Source: Selaginella moellendorffii
Taxonomy: Eukaryota > Plantae > Lycopodiophyta
Length of the DNA stretch: 64,000 nucleotides
Direction: 5' to 3'
Assembly: GCF_000143415.4 (NCBI RefSeq)
Contig: NW_003314299.1
Location: forward strand, 808,930 to 872,929
Part shown: positions 28,407-39,699 of the stretch, in pieces
Position numbering within the stretch: position 1 is the first letter of the stretch
How the letters are laid out: each line of letters begins with the position of its first letter
Made by a program: the position numbers and the translations under genes
The notes under the pieces: generated by a model
Told to the model about the DNA's origin: nothing
What the model saw: only the letters and a program-made list of their open reading frames with translations
Database searches by the model: none

Positions 28407-28516
28407 AAGCAACGAGAAATACAGCCTTGTGTTCTAGAAAATTTTCCAGTAGCTACAGAGAAGCTAGCAATCCAACCGACTGACCTTTAACGATCGATTG
28501 GATTGTAGCACCGAGG

Positions 28517-28849
28517 CTACCGCTTCTTGAATCCATATTTCTTGCGCTCGTAGAAGAGATCGGTCTTGGCGCTGCCCAGGTTGACGATCTTGGGACACCC
28601 ATCTCGATCCTTCTCCTGCTGCGTGCACTCCTTGCAGTAGTAAGCGTCGGAGATCCCCAATCCTCCACAGATGACGCAGCGCCCCTGGTAGGATCCATAG
28701 TTACACTCGTCGCACACGCGGACTAGGGTACACGGCCGGACGTAGGAATCGCAGATCACGCACTTGCCATCGCACTTCTCGCACAGGCGACCGATCGCAA
28801 TGCCCGGCTGCTTGCGGCACATGATCAAATCCGGATGATGCTTCGCCAT
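28517..28849 (-). CDS. PHF5A: PHD finger-like domain protein 5A (SF3b7)
   Basis: 110-aa intronless [42 protein letters not shown]... Confidence 0.98.
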   Translation of the reverse strand: MAKHHPDLIMCRKQPGIAIGRLCEKCDGKCVICDSYVRPCTLVRVCDECNYGSYQGRCVICGGLGISDAYYCKECTQQEKDRDGCPKIVNLGSAKTDLFYERKKYGFKKR

Positions 28850-28983
28850 GGCGCACGCTTCCTTTTTCTCTCTCGTGAAGAACCCTACAAATGATAAAAC
28901 CCTAATCGCATCCGACGGTTTTATTTAAGACACGTCGAATGCCACGTCAGCGACAAGGGTTAGGGTTTGCGAGAAAGAGAACG
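28850..28983. promoter_or_regulatory. Compact bidirectional promoter with two opposed telo-boxes and a G-box-like element
   Basis: AAACCCTAA (~28898), GCCACGTCA (~28941) and TTAGGGTTT (~28960) between divergent ATGs at 28849 and 28984. Confidence 0.6.
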
Positions 28984-29188
28984 ATGATCTACGACGTGAA
29001 CTCGGCGCTCTTCCGGTCCTTCCTCAGCCAGAAGGGAGGCGCGGCGGATAAGAGGTGGGATTTCTAGGTTTTTAGCGAGCAGCGCGGTGATTCTTTGGAT
29101 TTTCGGTATTTCCAGGAAGAATGAGGATCAGAAGCCAAAGGAGCAGCGGCCCAAGGCCAGCGAGAACAAGCCGGTGATGAATGAGTGA
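28984..29188 (+). CDS. Wound-induced basic protein family small peptide (47 aa, 2 exons; absent from ORF track)
   Basis: MIYDVNSALFRSFLSQKGGAADKR|KNEDQKPKEQRPKASENKPVMNE* across a GT-AG intron; matches the conserved plant peptide family as I recall it. Confidence 0.85.
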
Positions 29189-30086
29189 GAGAATAAGAGT
29201 AGCAGTGCAGCATCCTCCGCAAGGCAAGTGAGAGAGGATTTTGCTTGCATTGTGGCGATGTGCTGTGCTGTGATAACTCTCTTTAATTTTTTTTCTTCTT
29301 TCTTCTCTTCCTTTGTGGCGTTCGATCCACTCCTTCTAAGAAAAAACCAGTGCTTTTGAGTAAAGTCTCCTGCGTCCTCGATGATGATCTTGCAAGGCTA
29401 GAAAGTTGGATTTTCTCATAGTTTTCTTTCACATCTTTGTTTTTTCCTTGTTGGTTTTGTTCTTCATCCTGACACCAGGTACAGACCCACTACGAGTTAA
29501 CTTATCATAAGTTCACGATGCACGAACTGGACAACGAAGATTTCTCGGTGTCAAGTTACCGTCCTCGGTGGAATCAACGGGTAAACTCCTCGTTAGTTTT
29601 CAGTACTTATGTGGAGTACATGCAAGCAGGGTGAGAGCAGCGGTGGAAAAAGAATGCAATCACGCTCACAAGCTGAGCGTCAGAGAAAACAACTTGTCAG
29701 GCTCCCGGGACAGAGACTGGGGACAGGGACAGCGGACACACAGGTTTCTCGGCTGTGCATTCAATTCGCAACAAGCAGCAAGGCATCAGATCAGAGGTTA
29801 CTCCCCTCTTAAGTGCAGTCAGAAGGAGGAAAAAACAGGGGTGCCTCAAGTGATGGTGTAAGCAGATCTCTAGACTCGTGAGCACACAGGTTTCATGGGA
29901 ACTTGCGAAGGATCAGTTGCAGACGGGAGTAATGACCACAGACGAAATTTTCTTGTAGCGAAGGATGATTTTGGGATGCGGGTGTAGAGGTAGAGGGCGG
30001 AGAAATACTTTTGGAACTTTGAGGAAGGAGAACTTGGGCGGTATTCTTTCTTCGTCTTCGTATGGTATGGTAGCTTGAGCTGAGCT

Positions 30087-31453
30087 ATGCCAGGTATCAA
30101 TTGCCGCTCCGCAGCCACGGGATCTTCAGGTACCAAGGCGGATGCTCCAGCAATCCAGCAGGGAAACTGGAAGTTTTACGACAACCCTTTCTTTGTGGCT
30201 GCGGTAGCATCCGCTGTGGTGGAGGCCACGCTCGGAAAGCAAGAGCTTGTCAAGGATTGCAAGCAGGAGGTGGAGGAGGAGAAAAAACCCGAGCGGAATC
30301 ATAACGGGAGAAGGCCGAGGAATTTCGTCTCCGGCCTTAGTCCGTCCCGTGCTACTACTCCACGAACAGCGAGAGTTCAACAGCAGCAATCTCCTGAGGT
30401 GAGTGTTCTTGTCCTTCGTTTTTTTTCTGGGTTCTTTTGCGTTTGCAAAGTTTTCTCAGCATGTGAATGGTAATCTGTCAGATATATCTTGCCAACATTT
30501 TTTCATTTAGATTCAGGATTTGACTGACCTCTGCCATTTTTCACGAGCCAGTTTTGTATACTCCGACTGAAAGCGGCATGCCTTGTCTGCAGGTGAAAAA
30601 GAAACAGCAGACTGTTCCTGTCGAGGATACAAGCCAGAAACTCCGTTTGGAGCTTCTCAAAACGTGGACAACAGTCGAGAGGCTCGAGAAGGCTCACACA
30701 GCTGCCAAGTCGAAGCTGGAGCGGCTGTCCAGCAGGTACGAGGATGGCAGATCCTTATGGGAGTCTCAAGTCCAGGACAAGATCACGTCTTCGCTGCAGG
30801 CGATGAGGCACAAGCTCAAGGAGGAGAAGAACGCAAACAAGAGCCTCGAGCTTGCCAACCAGAAGCTGGAGGCCGAGCTTCTGGAGATCCGCAAGGCCAT
30901 AGCGCAGGCAAAGAAGGACATCGTCGCCGAGAGAAACTCCAAGCGGATGATAGAAGACGTGTGTGACGAGCTAGCGAAGGAGGTGGGGGACGACAAGGCC
31001 TTGGCTATAGAGCTTAGAAGGCAGGCATCGGCAGCTAGGCGAGAAGCCGAGGAGACGAGGAAGGCCTTGCAAATGGGAGAGGTTTGGAAGGAGGAGAAGG
31101 TCCAAGGGAGGCTGGCAGAGGCGAGGTTTGGGATAGAACACAGGAACTCGGAACTCGATGGCGCCATCGCTAGAGTGGAAGGATTTCTAGACAACAGGAA
31201 GAAGCTGGTGGAGAAGGCTATGGATTCTTCCTCCACGGTGGTGGCCGAGAACAGCTCAACTGGATCTAGTCCTCGAAGTTCCAGCCAAAGTTTCGATAAG
31301 AGGATCTACAAAGAACAGACGCGATTGCTCCTGAATGGCAGTGGATTCCACATGAGGAACAAGGCGTACGGTAGTGGTGGTGTTAAGAATGGAGTGAGAA
31401 CACCAGCGATTCCAAAGATCTGGCCAACGTCAAAGTCTCCAAATTTTGATTGA
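30087..31453 (+). CDS. BRANCHLESS TRICHOME-like coiled-coil protein
   Basis: WKFYDNPFF N-terminal motif; long coiled coil with ER..KRMIEDVCDELAKEV and E..RKALQMGEVWKEEKVQ.RL.EAR. Confidence 0.65.
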
Positions 31454-31776
31454 AACATACCTATATGGTTGTAACCATTGGTTGTCATCACATTATTTAA
31501 AAGCAATCACAAAAATTCATTGGTTGTCGTAAAACCCATGCAATCTATCAAAATTTATACAAAACCATTGGTCTCTTCATTATCATCAAATTGGTTCTTT
31601 CTCTACTACAATCAGAAGGAAAAAAGGAGCGTGGGTGTTATTTGTGTGCACTAAAGTCTTGTTTTATAAGCCGGTTTGCTTTGCCTCCCCACAACCAAGA
31701 AAAGAAAATTTTGTCAGCGGAAGCATGCGGCAGAGAAAAGGAAAAAACTCCAACCATGGAAAAAAGAAGCCCGAGC

Positions 31777-32557
31777 TTAGTGATGAGAGCCATGGTGTCC
31801 TCCTGGAGGTCCACCAGGTCCAATGCATTTGAGCTGCAAGAATTTGCGTAAGTTTTGAAAGAGAGAGCGATTCGAGTAAGAGAAACAAAGAAAAACCGGC
31901 TTTTTACCTCGAAGATCTGTCCACAAATGGAGCATTCGTGGCGCTCGTTCTTCTTCAGCTTGAACCAGATGACATCGTGTTCGTCATCTACAGAAAGAAG
32001 AAGAATGTGTCAAGTTCTCCCAAGAACTTGAAGCTTTGATTGCGTTGTTTGATCACAACTTACCTCCGGGGCCTCCTGGACATCCAACGATTCGCTCATC
32101 GTACCAAGACTCGATGATTGCTGGTTTTTCCTGTGAGGAGGAGCAAAGAAAAGGAGAAAAAGATAAAAAAGAGACCAAAAGGTAAAAGAAGATCATGCAA
32201 AGAGAGATCTTTAAGAAGAACACACCGCAGTTCCAAAAGGTCCAACCGGAGGCTCGTCCCATCTCTTCTTTCCCTGGAAATTGCCCACCAAGAAAGAATG
32301 TAAGCACACAAGAAAAGGAAAGAGAGAAAAAAGCCGCTTTTCTCACTCACAGCTTTCGCGAATTCCAGCTCCTCGCGCTCCAGACCCGTGGCGATGCCGA
32401 GATCATCGATATCCTTGTCGTCGGCGCCACGCAAAACCCTCGACGGCGACGCAAAACCCAGACCTGCTATGCCTCTTCCCTGCGCCGCCATTGCGCATTC
32501 CAGCTGCCATGCTACCCCACGACACGCCCTCACTCGCGCGAGCGCCACACGCAGCAT
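31777..32557 (-). CDS. COX5B: Cytochrome c oxidase subunit 5b
   Basis: Presequence, IATGLEREEL, PAIIESWYDERIVGCPGG, EHDVIWFKL...HECSICGQIFEL, His-rich end. Confidence 0.9.
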
Positions 32558-32661
32558 CTGGAATCGCCCAAAATTTAGGGCTCTTAGCCTCTCTTTCTCC
32601 CTCTCTACCTTAGCATAAACCCTAGTGAGCGCTTTGCGTTTTAAATTCGATTCCACGATGA

Positions 32662-35559
32662 ATGCGGGCACTAGCGAGCGCCACATCGATTGGGCGCCCA
32701 TCCATCTCCGCGGAGGAGCCAGCCACCGCCGCTGGCTATGTCGCTCTCATCCGCCAGGGCTGCCGCTCCAAATCCCTGGCGGACGCGCGGGAGCTCCACG
32801 CGCAGATCCTCCGCGCCGGCCATGGATCCGACTCCAATCTCCAGCGCCTCCTCATCAAGCTCTATGGCGATTGCCGCAGCCCTAGCGAGGCAATCGCGGT
32901 GTTCTTTGCCATGCCCGCCCGCGATCCATACGCGTGGAACATGGTTCTCACGGCAAATGCCCAGAACGGGCATTTGGTGGAATCTCTCGAGTTCTTTGAG
33001 AAGGTTCCGGAGAGAGGGATTGTTTGCTGGACGGCACTGCTCCAGGGATTCGCGAGAGCGAAAGATTTGCAGCAGAGCATCGCGATATTCACTGCAATGC
33101 CCGAGAGAAACGATGTGACTTGGAACAGTCTCATTGTGGCAAATACCCAAGCCGGGGATTTGCAGGGAGCAAGGGATACGTTCTCCAGGATGCCGTGCTG
33201 GGGGATCGTGACATGGAACTGTATGATCAGCGCGCTCTCGCAGTATGGCGAGGTGGATCTCGCGAAAGAGATCTTCGACGCCATGCCGGAGCAAAGCATC
33301 GTCTCCTGGAACGCGATGATGAATGGGTTCGTCCAGAATGGATTCGTGGAGGAGGCGCGCGGGCTGTTTGGCCAGATCCCGGAGCGCGGGATCGTCTCGT
33401 GCACGAACGCGATCCAGGCGTTCGCCAGCTGCGCGGATTCCAGCGGCCGGATCTTCGCGACGATGCGGCAGCGCAACGAGATCTCGTGGAACGCGATGAT
33501 CCAGGCGTGTGGAACCGCGGGGCGAGTGGACGACGCCACCAGGGTCTTCGATCTGATGCCGGCGAGGGATGTGATCTCCTGGACGGCGCTCTCCACCGCG
33601 CTGGTCAACAGTGGCGATCTGGAGGGCGCGCGGTGCTGCTTCGATCGAATGCCCAGGAGGGACGTGGTCGCCTGGAACTCGCTCCTCACGGGATTCGCGA
33701 ACAAGGCCATGGCTGGCGACGCCACGGATCTGTTCCAGAAGATGCCCTTCTGGGACTCCTTGTCATGGAACTCGATCGCGCAGGCTTTCGCCGAGACTGG
33801 CGATCTCGCCACTGCCAAGGAGATTTTTGCCTGGATGCCCTCCACGAACATCTTCTCGTGGACGATCCTCCTGGCGGCGTGTGCGCAGGCTGGGAGCTTC
33901 GAGGATTCGAGGGCGCTCTTCGATGACATGGAGCAGCGCAACGCTGTGGCCTGGAACGCGCTCATCACGTCCTATGCGCTGGGGCGGCAGTGCGAGCTCG
34001 CGGAGCAGTGCTTCACGAAGATCCCCTACTGGACGATCGTTTCCTGGAATGCGATTCTACAGGCTTACGGGGAAACAGGGCGCACGGCCTCCGCGAGAGA
34101 TCTCTTCGCAAAAATGCCCAAAAGAGATGTTATTTCGTGGAACATCCTCCTCACAGCAACTGCCCATGGCGGGGATTTGCTGTACGGTAGATCTGTTCTT
34201 GCGAGGATCCCGGAAGCAAGTGTCGTGTCGTACACTATTTTGATCACCGCATGCGCAGAGAAGGGTATGATTCTTCTAGCAGAAGATTTGTTCCTCCATT
34301 CTCCTGAGAATGATGTGGCGTCTTGGAACGCTTTGATATCAGCAAATGCCCGGCATGGGCAAATGCGTAATGCCATCGATCTCTTTAAGCGCATGGATCT
34401 CGAGGGCACGAGGCCGGACGGGATCACATTCGTGGGGATCCTTAGCGCCTGCGCTGTCAGCGGCGATCTTGCTACTGGTAAGCTGATCCATCGCAGCGCT
34501 CTCGAGGGATCATCTCTAGACGATCCCGTGCTGGCCACCGCACTCCTCGACATGTACAGCAAGGCCGGCGATCTGGGCGCGGCGATGGCGATCTTCGCGG
34601 CGATGGCGCAGAGGGACGTGACGGCCTGGAACGCGATCGTGGCGGCGTGCGCGCGCAACGGGCGATTTGACCGCGCAGAGCGCTTCTTCTGGGTAATGGC
34701 GGCCAGGGACGTGATCTCGTGGACGTCGATGATCGCGGTGCTGGCGCAGAGCGGGCAGATCGATCGCGCACGCCTCGTCTTCGATGAGATGCCGGACAAG
34801 GATCTCGCGGCGTGGAACGCGATGATCTCGGCCCACGCCCAGCACGGCGATCCAAGGTCCGCCCTCAAGCTCTTCCGGCTCATGGACCTCGAGGGCGTCC
34901 ACCCGGACGAGATCACATACGTTTGCGCGCTTGATTCGTGCTCCACCCTCGCGTCGCCCAGCACGGGAAAGATCATCCACGAGGATCTTTCCGCCGATGG
35001 GCTGGAATCCGCGAGCGTCGTCGTGACTACCGCGCTGCTCAGCATGTATGCCAAGTGCGGCCAGCTCCATCGCTCGCGATCTCTCTTCGATCGGATCGCC
35101 AATCCCAGTGGCGTCTCGTGGAACGCGATGATCGCAGCATATGCCCAGAATGGGCATCCAGTCGAGGCATTCGATCTGTTTGCTCTCATGATCCAAGATG
35201 GCGCGCGCGTGGATCATATCACGTTCCAGTGCGTGCTGTTTGGATCCAGCCACGCTGGGTCGCTGGAGATGGCGATCAAATACCTCTCGTGGATGATGGG
35301 TGATTTTGATTGTGCTCCATTGCTGCCGCACTTCATCTGCGTGATTGATCTTCTCGGGCGATCTGGGCGGCTCCAGGATGCTGAGGAGCTGATCTATGCT
35401 ATGCCCGTGGAGCCTGATGATGTGGCATGGATGACGCTGTTATCAGCGTGTAGCAGCCACAAGGATAGATCACGAGGAGGACGAGCTGGAACGTTGGTTC
35501 TCAAGCTAGATCCTTGTAACTCATCGCCATACGTTCTCCTCTCTAACAATTCAGTGTAG
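32662..35559 (+). CDS. Pentatricopeptide repeat protein (PLS class, E-like C-terminus, no DYW)
   Basis: 965-aa intronless ORF of PPR motifs ending HFICVIDLLGRSG...AWMTLLSAC...SPYVLLSN. Confidence 0.95.
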   Translation: MRALASATSIGRPSISAEEPATAAGYVALIRQGCRSKSLADARELHAQILRAGHGSDSNLQRLLIKLYGDCRSPSEAIAVFFAMPARDPYAWNMVLTANAQNGHLVESLEFFEKVPERGIVCWTALLQGFARAKDLQQSIAIFTAMPERNDVTWNSLIVANTQAGDLQGARDTFSRMPCWGIVTWNCMISALSQYGEVDLAKEIFDAMPEQSIVSWNAMMNGFVQNGFVEEARGLFGQIPERGIVSCTNAIQAFASCADSSGRIFATMRQRNEISWNAMIQACGTAGRVDDATRVFDLMPARDVISWTALSTALVNSGDLEGARCCFDRMPRRDVVAWNSLLTGFANKAMAGDATDLFQKMPFWDSLSWNSIAQAFAETGDLATAKEIFAWMPSTNIFSWTILLAACAQAGSFEDSRALFDDMEQRNAVAWNALITSYALGRQCELAEQCFTKIPYWTIVSWNAILQAYGETGRTASARDLFAKMPKRDVISWNILLTATAHGGDLLYGRSVLARIPEASVVSYTILITACAEKGMILLAEDLFLHSPENDVASWNALISANARHGQMRNAIDLFKRMDLEGTRPDGITFVGILSACAVSGDLATGKLIHRSALEGSSLDDPVLATALLDMYSKAGDLGAAMAIFAAMAQRDVTAWNAIVAACARNGRFDRAERFFWVMAARDVISWTSMIAVLAQSGQIDRARLVFDEMPDKDLAAWNAMISAHAQHGDPRSALKLFRLMDLEGVHPDEITYVCALDSCSTLASPSTGKIIHEDLSADGLESASVVVTTALLSMYAKCGQLHRSRSLFDRIANPSGVSWNAMIAAYAQNGHPVEAFDLFALMIQDGARVDHITFQCVLFGSSHAGSLEMAIKYLSWMMGDFDCAPLLPHFICVIDLLGRSGRLQDAEELIYAMPVEPDDVAWMTLLSACSSHKDRSRGGRAGTLVLKLDPCNSSPYVLLSNNSV

Positions 35560-36199
35560 AGTAAAGGAAATGCCAAGATAAATTCTGATCAAACACTCAT
35601 ATGAAAGATCCTAAGGATGGAGGAAGAAGATGATATGTCTTCTTCTAGCTTTCTAAATAAAGATTAGTCCTTTCAACTTAAACTTTAAGTATTTTCAGAG
35701 ATTGGAGAACGAGCTTTAGCAATGTGTGTTTTACTAGAGTTCCACTGGCTCAAATCATCATCTAATCAAGAGCAATTACCCATACTCTAGGATGAGAGCA
35801 CTTATGATGTGTTATATTGCACTAGATAAAAGACTAGAGGAAGCTCCATAAAGAAGGATTGATGGCATAACAATTTTGATGGTGATGTTTTAGTATATTG
35901 ATTAAGTTCATATTGATTAGTTTTAAGATTATTATTGTGATTAAAATTATCACTTTAATTTAGCACTATCTAAATATTCTTTCTTGATTTTCTATGAACA
36001 GATATTGGTATTCTCTTGACCATTTAAGAAAATTGAAAAAACAATTACTTTAGTTTTACCTTTTATAAGGTGTACAATCTTAAAAAAAGAAGTCTTTGTG
36101 TTAGTGGTGGAAGGCTTTGCCAACCATTACTATGGCGTTGCTGTAGATCTTGTTGTTGGTGCTGATGGAGTTTGCTAGGCAAATGATATGATTCATAAC

Positions 36200-36680
36200 A
36201 AAATTCCAGATAAGAGTGGTACTAATGACAAAGTTGGGAGTGAAAGTTTTGAAGTTTCTCAATCACCATCAAGGTTATTGATAGTGTGATTTCATTTGGA
36301 TTTGATAGTGAACATCATGACAAATTTTGATGTGTGGCCCAAGCAGCTAGAGGTGAAAGGAAGAGTAAAGCTAGGAGCTCTTGCTCAGTTTCTTATAGAT
36401 TTGTGTAATATAAAATTTAGAGCAATCATAGTATGTTTGTGTTTGCTTTTACAAAAAGAGAAAGCTTTCTCATGTTTATTCTTGCAATTTGTTATGTAAG
36501 TGATGCCTTTTTACTCAAGTGACATGTCCATGTCTTTACTTTCACTTCTTAAAGAGGTAAAGAAATTCTCATCTCTTTTGTGGGTGTAAAGAACTTTATT
36601 TGGAGTTCTTATTGTTAACAAGAATTCTTTTGAAGGCCAAAAGGTATGTGCTGTGGGTCTTGTTGGAGAATTGGAGCTGT
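36200..36680 (+). pseudogene. Decayed fragment of a SPOC-domain (TFIIS/PHD-SPOC) gene
   Basis: WPKQLEVKGRVKLGAL.QFL.DL....RAIIV resembles the plant SPOC motif WP..LE.KGRVRL.AF..F..EL; surrounded by stops. Confidence 0.5.
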
Positions 36681-37039
36681 GTGATTATTGAGTGTCAAAC
36701 TCGACTATCCAATAGAATTTCAGCTTTAAGAGCAGATGAATTGAAGGTATATTAGAGTTTTCTTTATCAAAGTTGCTGAATATTTTGTTAATTACAATGC
36801 TGAATAGAAGTGTTAAATTACAAAGGCTTTGAGCCTTTAACTCTCTGGATTTGCCAATGTTTTGAGTCAAGATTGTTATTGTCTCAGCTGAGCATGCTTA
36901 TCCTAAATAAAAGCCTCCTTCATTCTCTAGGTAACAAATAGTGCATCTGTATATCATGCATTTAGCAAGTTTCCCATTTCATTTGATCTAATCTTTTCTT
37001 TGTTTGAATGTAAACCCTAAACCGTGAATAATGGGGCCA

Positions 37040-37760
37040 ATAATATAAGACCGCCTGAAGGGTCTGAATCACCAATAGGAGAGAAGGTAAGAACCACATT
37101 ACCACCACCAGGAGCAAGAGGCAACAAGAGAATTTTGAGGAGTTAAGTGTGTCTACCCTTTGGAGTTCCACAAAAGTAGGAGTAGGAACTTCAATGCAAT
37201 CCTAGTACAACTACTCTTATCAAAGAGCACATCCCATCTTTCCAATAGAGTCTTACTCTTTAGAGAATAATCATATTCTTTCATACCTTCTAAATATCCC
37301 AAGAAAATTGAAGGTTTAACCTTTGAATTTATGACACTTCTTCTGGACATAAACTTTATGGATATAAGTACTCCACCATCTAGCATGGTATAAAGTTTGG
37401 TCTCAAACCCAAGTCAAACAAAGAACAAAGATAAACATGCCCAATTAGGAGGTAAAACATATCTCAAATTGGTTTCTCACTATGAAAAACTATCTAGGAA
37501 AATAAATAGCTTGTCCAAAATTAACAGGGAAGCAATCATCTTGTGGTGGAATTTCATTGAGAACTCCAAGTTTAACTTGCAATGCACAAATACCTGCAGG
37601 AATCAAGTTTTTTGCATCATCCAATAATAATGCAAGTTGTGTCTATTTCCCATTAGTGGCTAATATATCAATCCAATTTTTACTAAAACCAAGTAATTGA
37701 GACAATCCTAGGCCTCAAAGCTCATAACCAGTAGAGGTTTACCTTAGTGTTTTACTAGAA
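37040..37760 (-). mobile_element. Ty1/copia relic (integrase/post-integrase region)
   Basis: SKVKPSIFLGYLEGMKEY...RWDVLFDKS resembles copia KS..CIFLGY..G.KGY...RDV.FDE; disrupted by stops. Confidence 0.6.
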
Positions 37761-38578
37761 ATGATGTAGTATATACTGCCCAATTAGCAAAATTGTCATA
37801 TTGAAAACTAAATTAGAATAGTATCAAAATAACAATTGTTGTATTCCATTTTAATATGATATAAAGAAAAATTGAGGAAGTAACTATAAACATGTATTTC
37901 TTTATAGGAAACTATCAAATCCTAGAAGCTAGAGTTTATACAGTTACAAAATCCAATTACAAACATATGAATAAAATATTATAAAACCAATTACTTCCTA
38001 CAATACTACAATACACTTGTCTAGTATATTCTATCTCTCTCTTTTTAAGCTAATTGAAAAATGGGCAATTGCTAAATAAGAGAGTCCTTAGTGGCTACTT
38101 TATCCCTATATATCCTTATTCAAATGTCCTTATCAACCATTAATTAACAACCTTTATTGAACCAAAGGGAACCACCTTTTAGAGATGTTAATGTTTTCAT
38201 TAATTATTAATTAATTGAAAACCCTTCAAAGATTATCGACAAACAGCCCTTACTTGCAAAAGGGAATTAACACCTTTATTTTTACATTAAATCTACCAAT
38301 TCTATAGTCCCACAATAGATACTTTCTTCCATAAATGCCCTATAAGACACTCATGGATGCCCAATATGTATAATTTTAATGTTTAGGGGTAAAAATATAT
38401 TTTACTCATTATATTTTAAGTAGACACTAATTAATAAAAATTGAACCCATTTCATTTACTCTTATACCACATATAGCATCTCTCAACTAAAAAAGATGCA
38501 ATTGTTTGATAAAAAAGCTTTAGTAACTATTTTATCCCTATATATCCCTCAATATTCCAAAAATCTATATGACAGTAT

Positions 38579-38772
38579 TATAAGTTCTTGAATTTAAACT
38601 TCATGAGAAGTCACATAATTTGGTATTATTCAAACCCAAGAATATTTAACCCCAAGTACCCCAAGACATTTAACTGATTGGAAAAGGGGATGCATTTTTG
38701 TTCATGGGCTATTTCTTTCTATATTTGAACACTCCTGGACTATTTTTCGGGTCATTTCTTTGATTATTTACA
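38579..38772. mobile_element. 194-bp solo LTR (older copy) with 5-bp TSD AGTAT
   Basis: TATAAG...TTTACA flanked by AGTAT (38574-38578, 38773-38777); collinear with 41203-41396. Confidence 0.75.
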
Positions 38773-39699
38773 AGTATATGTAAATTTCATCCCATGATCA
38801 CATGTACTATAACTTGGTTGAAAGTGTATATGAAACTCTTAGGCTAACACCATACACAACTTAGTATTCAATTTAAGTTTGCAAGCCTATTAGGGATATC
38901 CAATCATTTATATCTTGTTTAGAGCTTAGGATTAATGTGTTAAAATATCTAGCCATTTCTTAAGAGTTTGAAGAAATAGAAACTTTTAAGCCTTAGAATT
39001 TAGCTCAAGTGTGAACTTGAAGTATGATTTACAAATTCCATCAAGAGTCCATCACAAAAATGTTATGGATGCTATCACATTTCAATGACCTTGAATTAAT
39101 GAGCCACTCCTTATACCAACCTCAAGTTTGAAATAGTGAATTTTGTGGTGGCAGGATCTTATTACTTACAGTATTTGTAGTTCATTTTTACTACCAATTA
39201 CTATAAGCTAATATATTGTAGTACAAAACTGCTTTAGCTAATTTCACTACTTGAAACTAGTTTTTTGGAGTTAATGAGTTTGAGTATTGTGGGGAATTAG
39301 GAGATACCATTGACTTGATTAACTTGACATCACTAATTTTCCTGAGTATAGATATTAATGTACTCCTTCATCCATAATGCCATTGCACACCTATAAAGAA
39401 TGCTTTAAAATCCTATTTTGCCCAAGTAAGTGCAATTTGCTTTTAGAATAGAAATTAGCTAAGATGTGTTTAAAAAAATAACCCATTATGCCATAACATC
39501 TTCTTATCTCACCCAAGCAATTAACAATATCCTTAAATAGTAAGACATGGTTAAAAAATAACCTTTTGATAGTTACCTCTATAAGACAAATGCTATTGAT
39601 TGGATTTGATGATTTAGAAAATTTTCCTCCTCCTTTGACTCCGGAGCAGTAGTTGTGCAATTGCTTGATGCTATGTGATTGCAATTGAACAACCAAACT

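Noticed and set aside
32671-35331. Long antisense/alternate-frame ORFs over the PPR genes (also over TOP1 and BLT-like)
   Set aside because: Shadow ORFs from GC-rich, repetitive codon usage; no independent motifs.
39391-39696. Possible transposase fragment
   Set aside because: No recognisable catalytic motif; cannot be supported from sequence alone.
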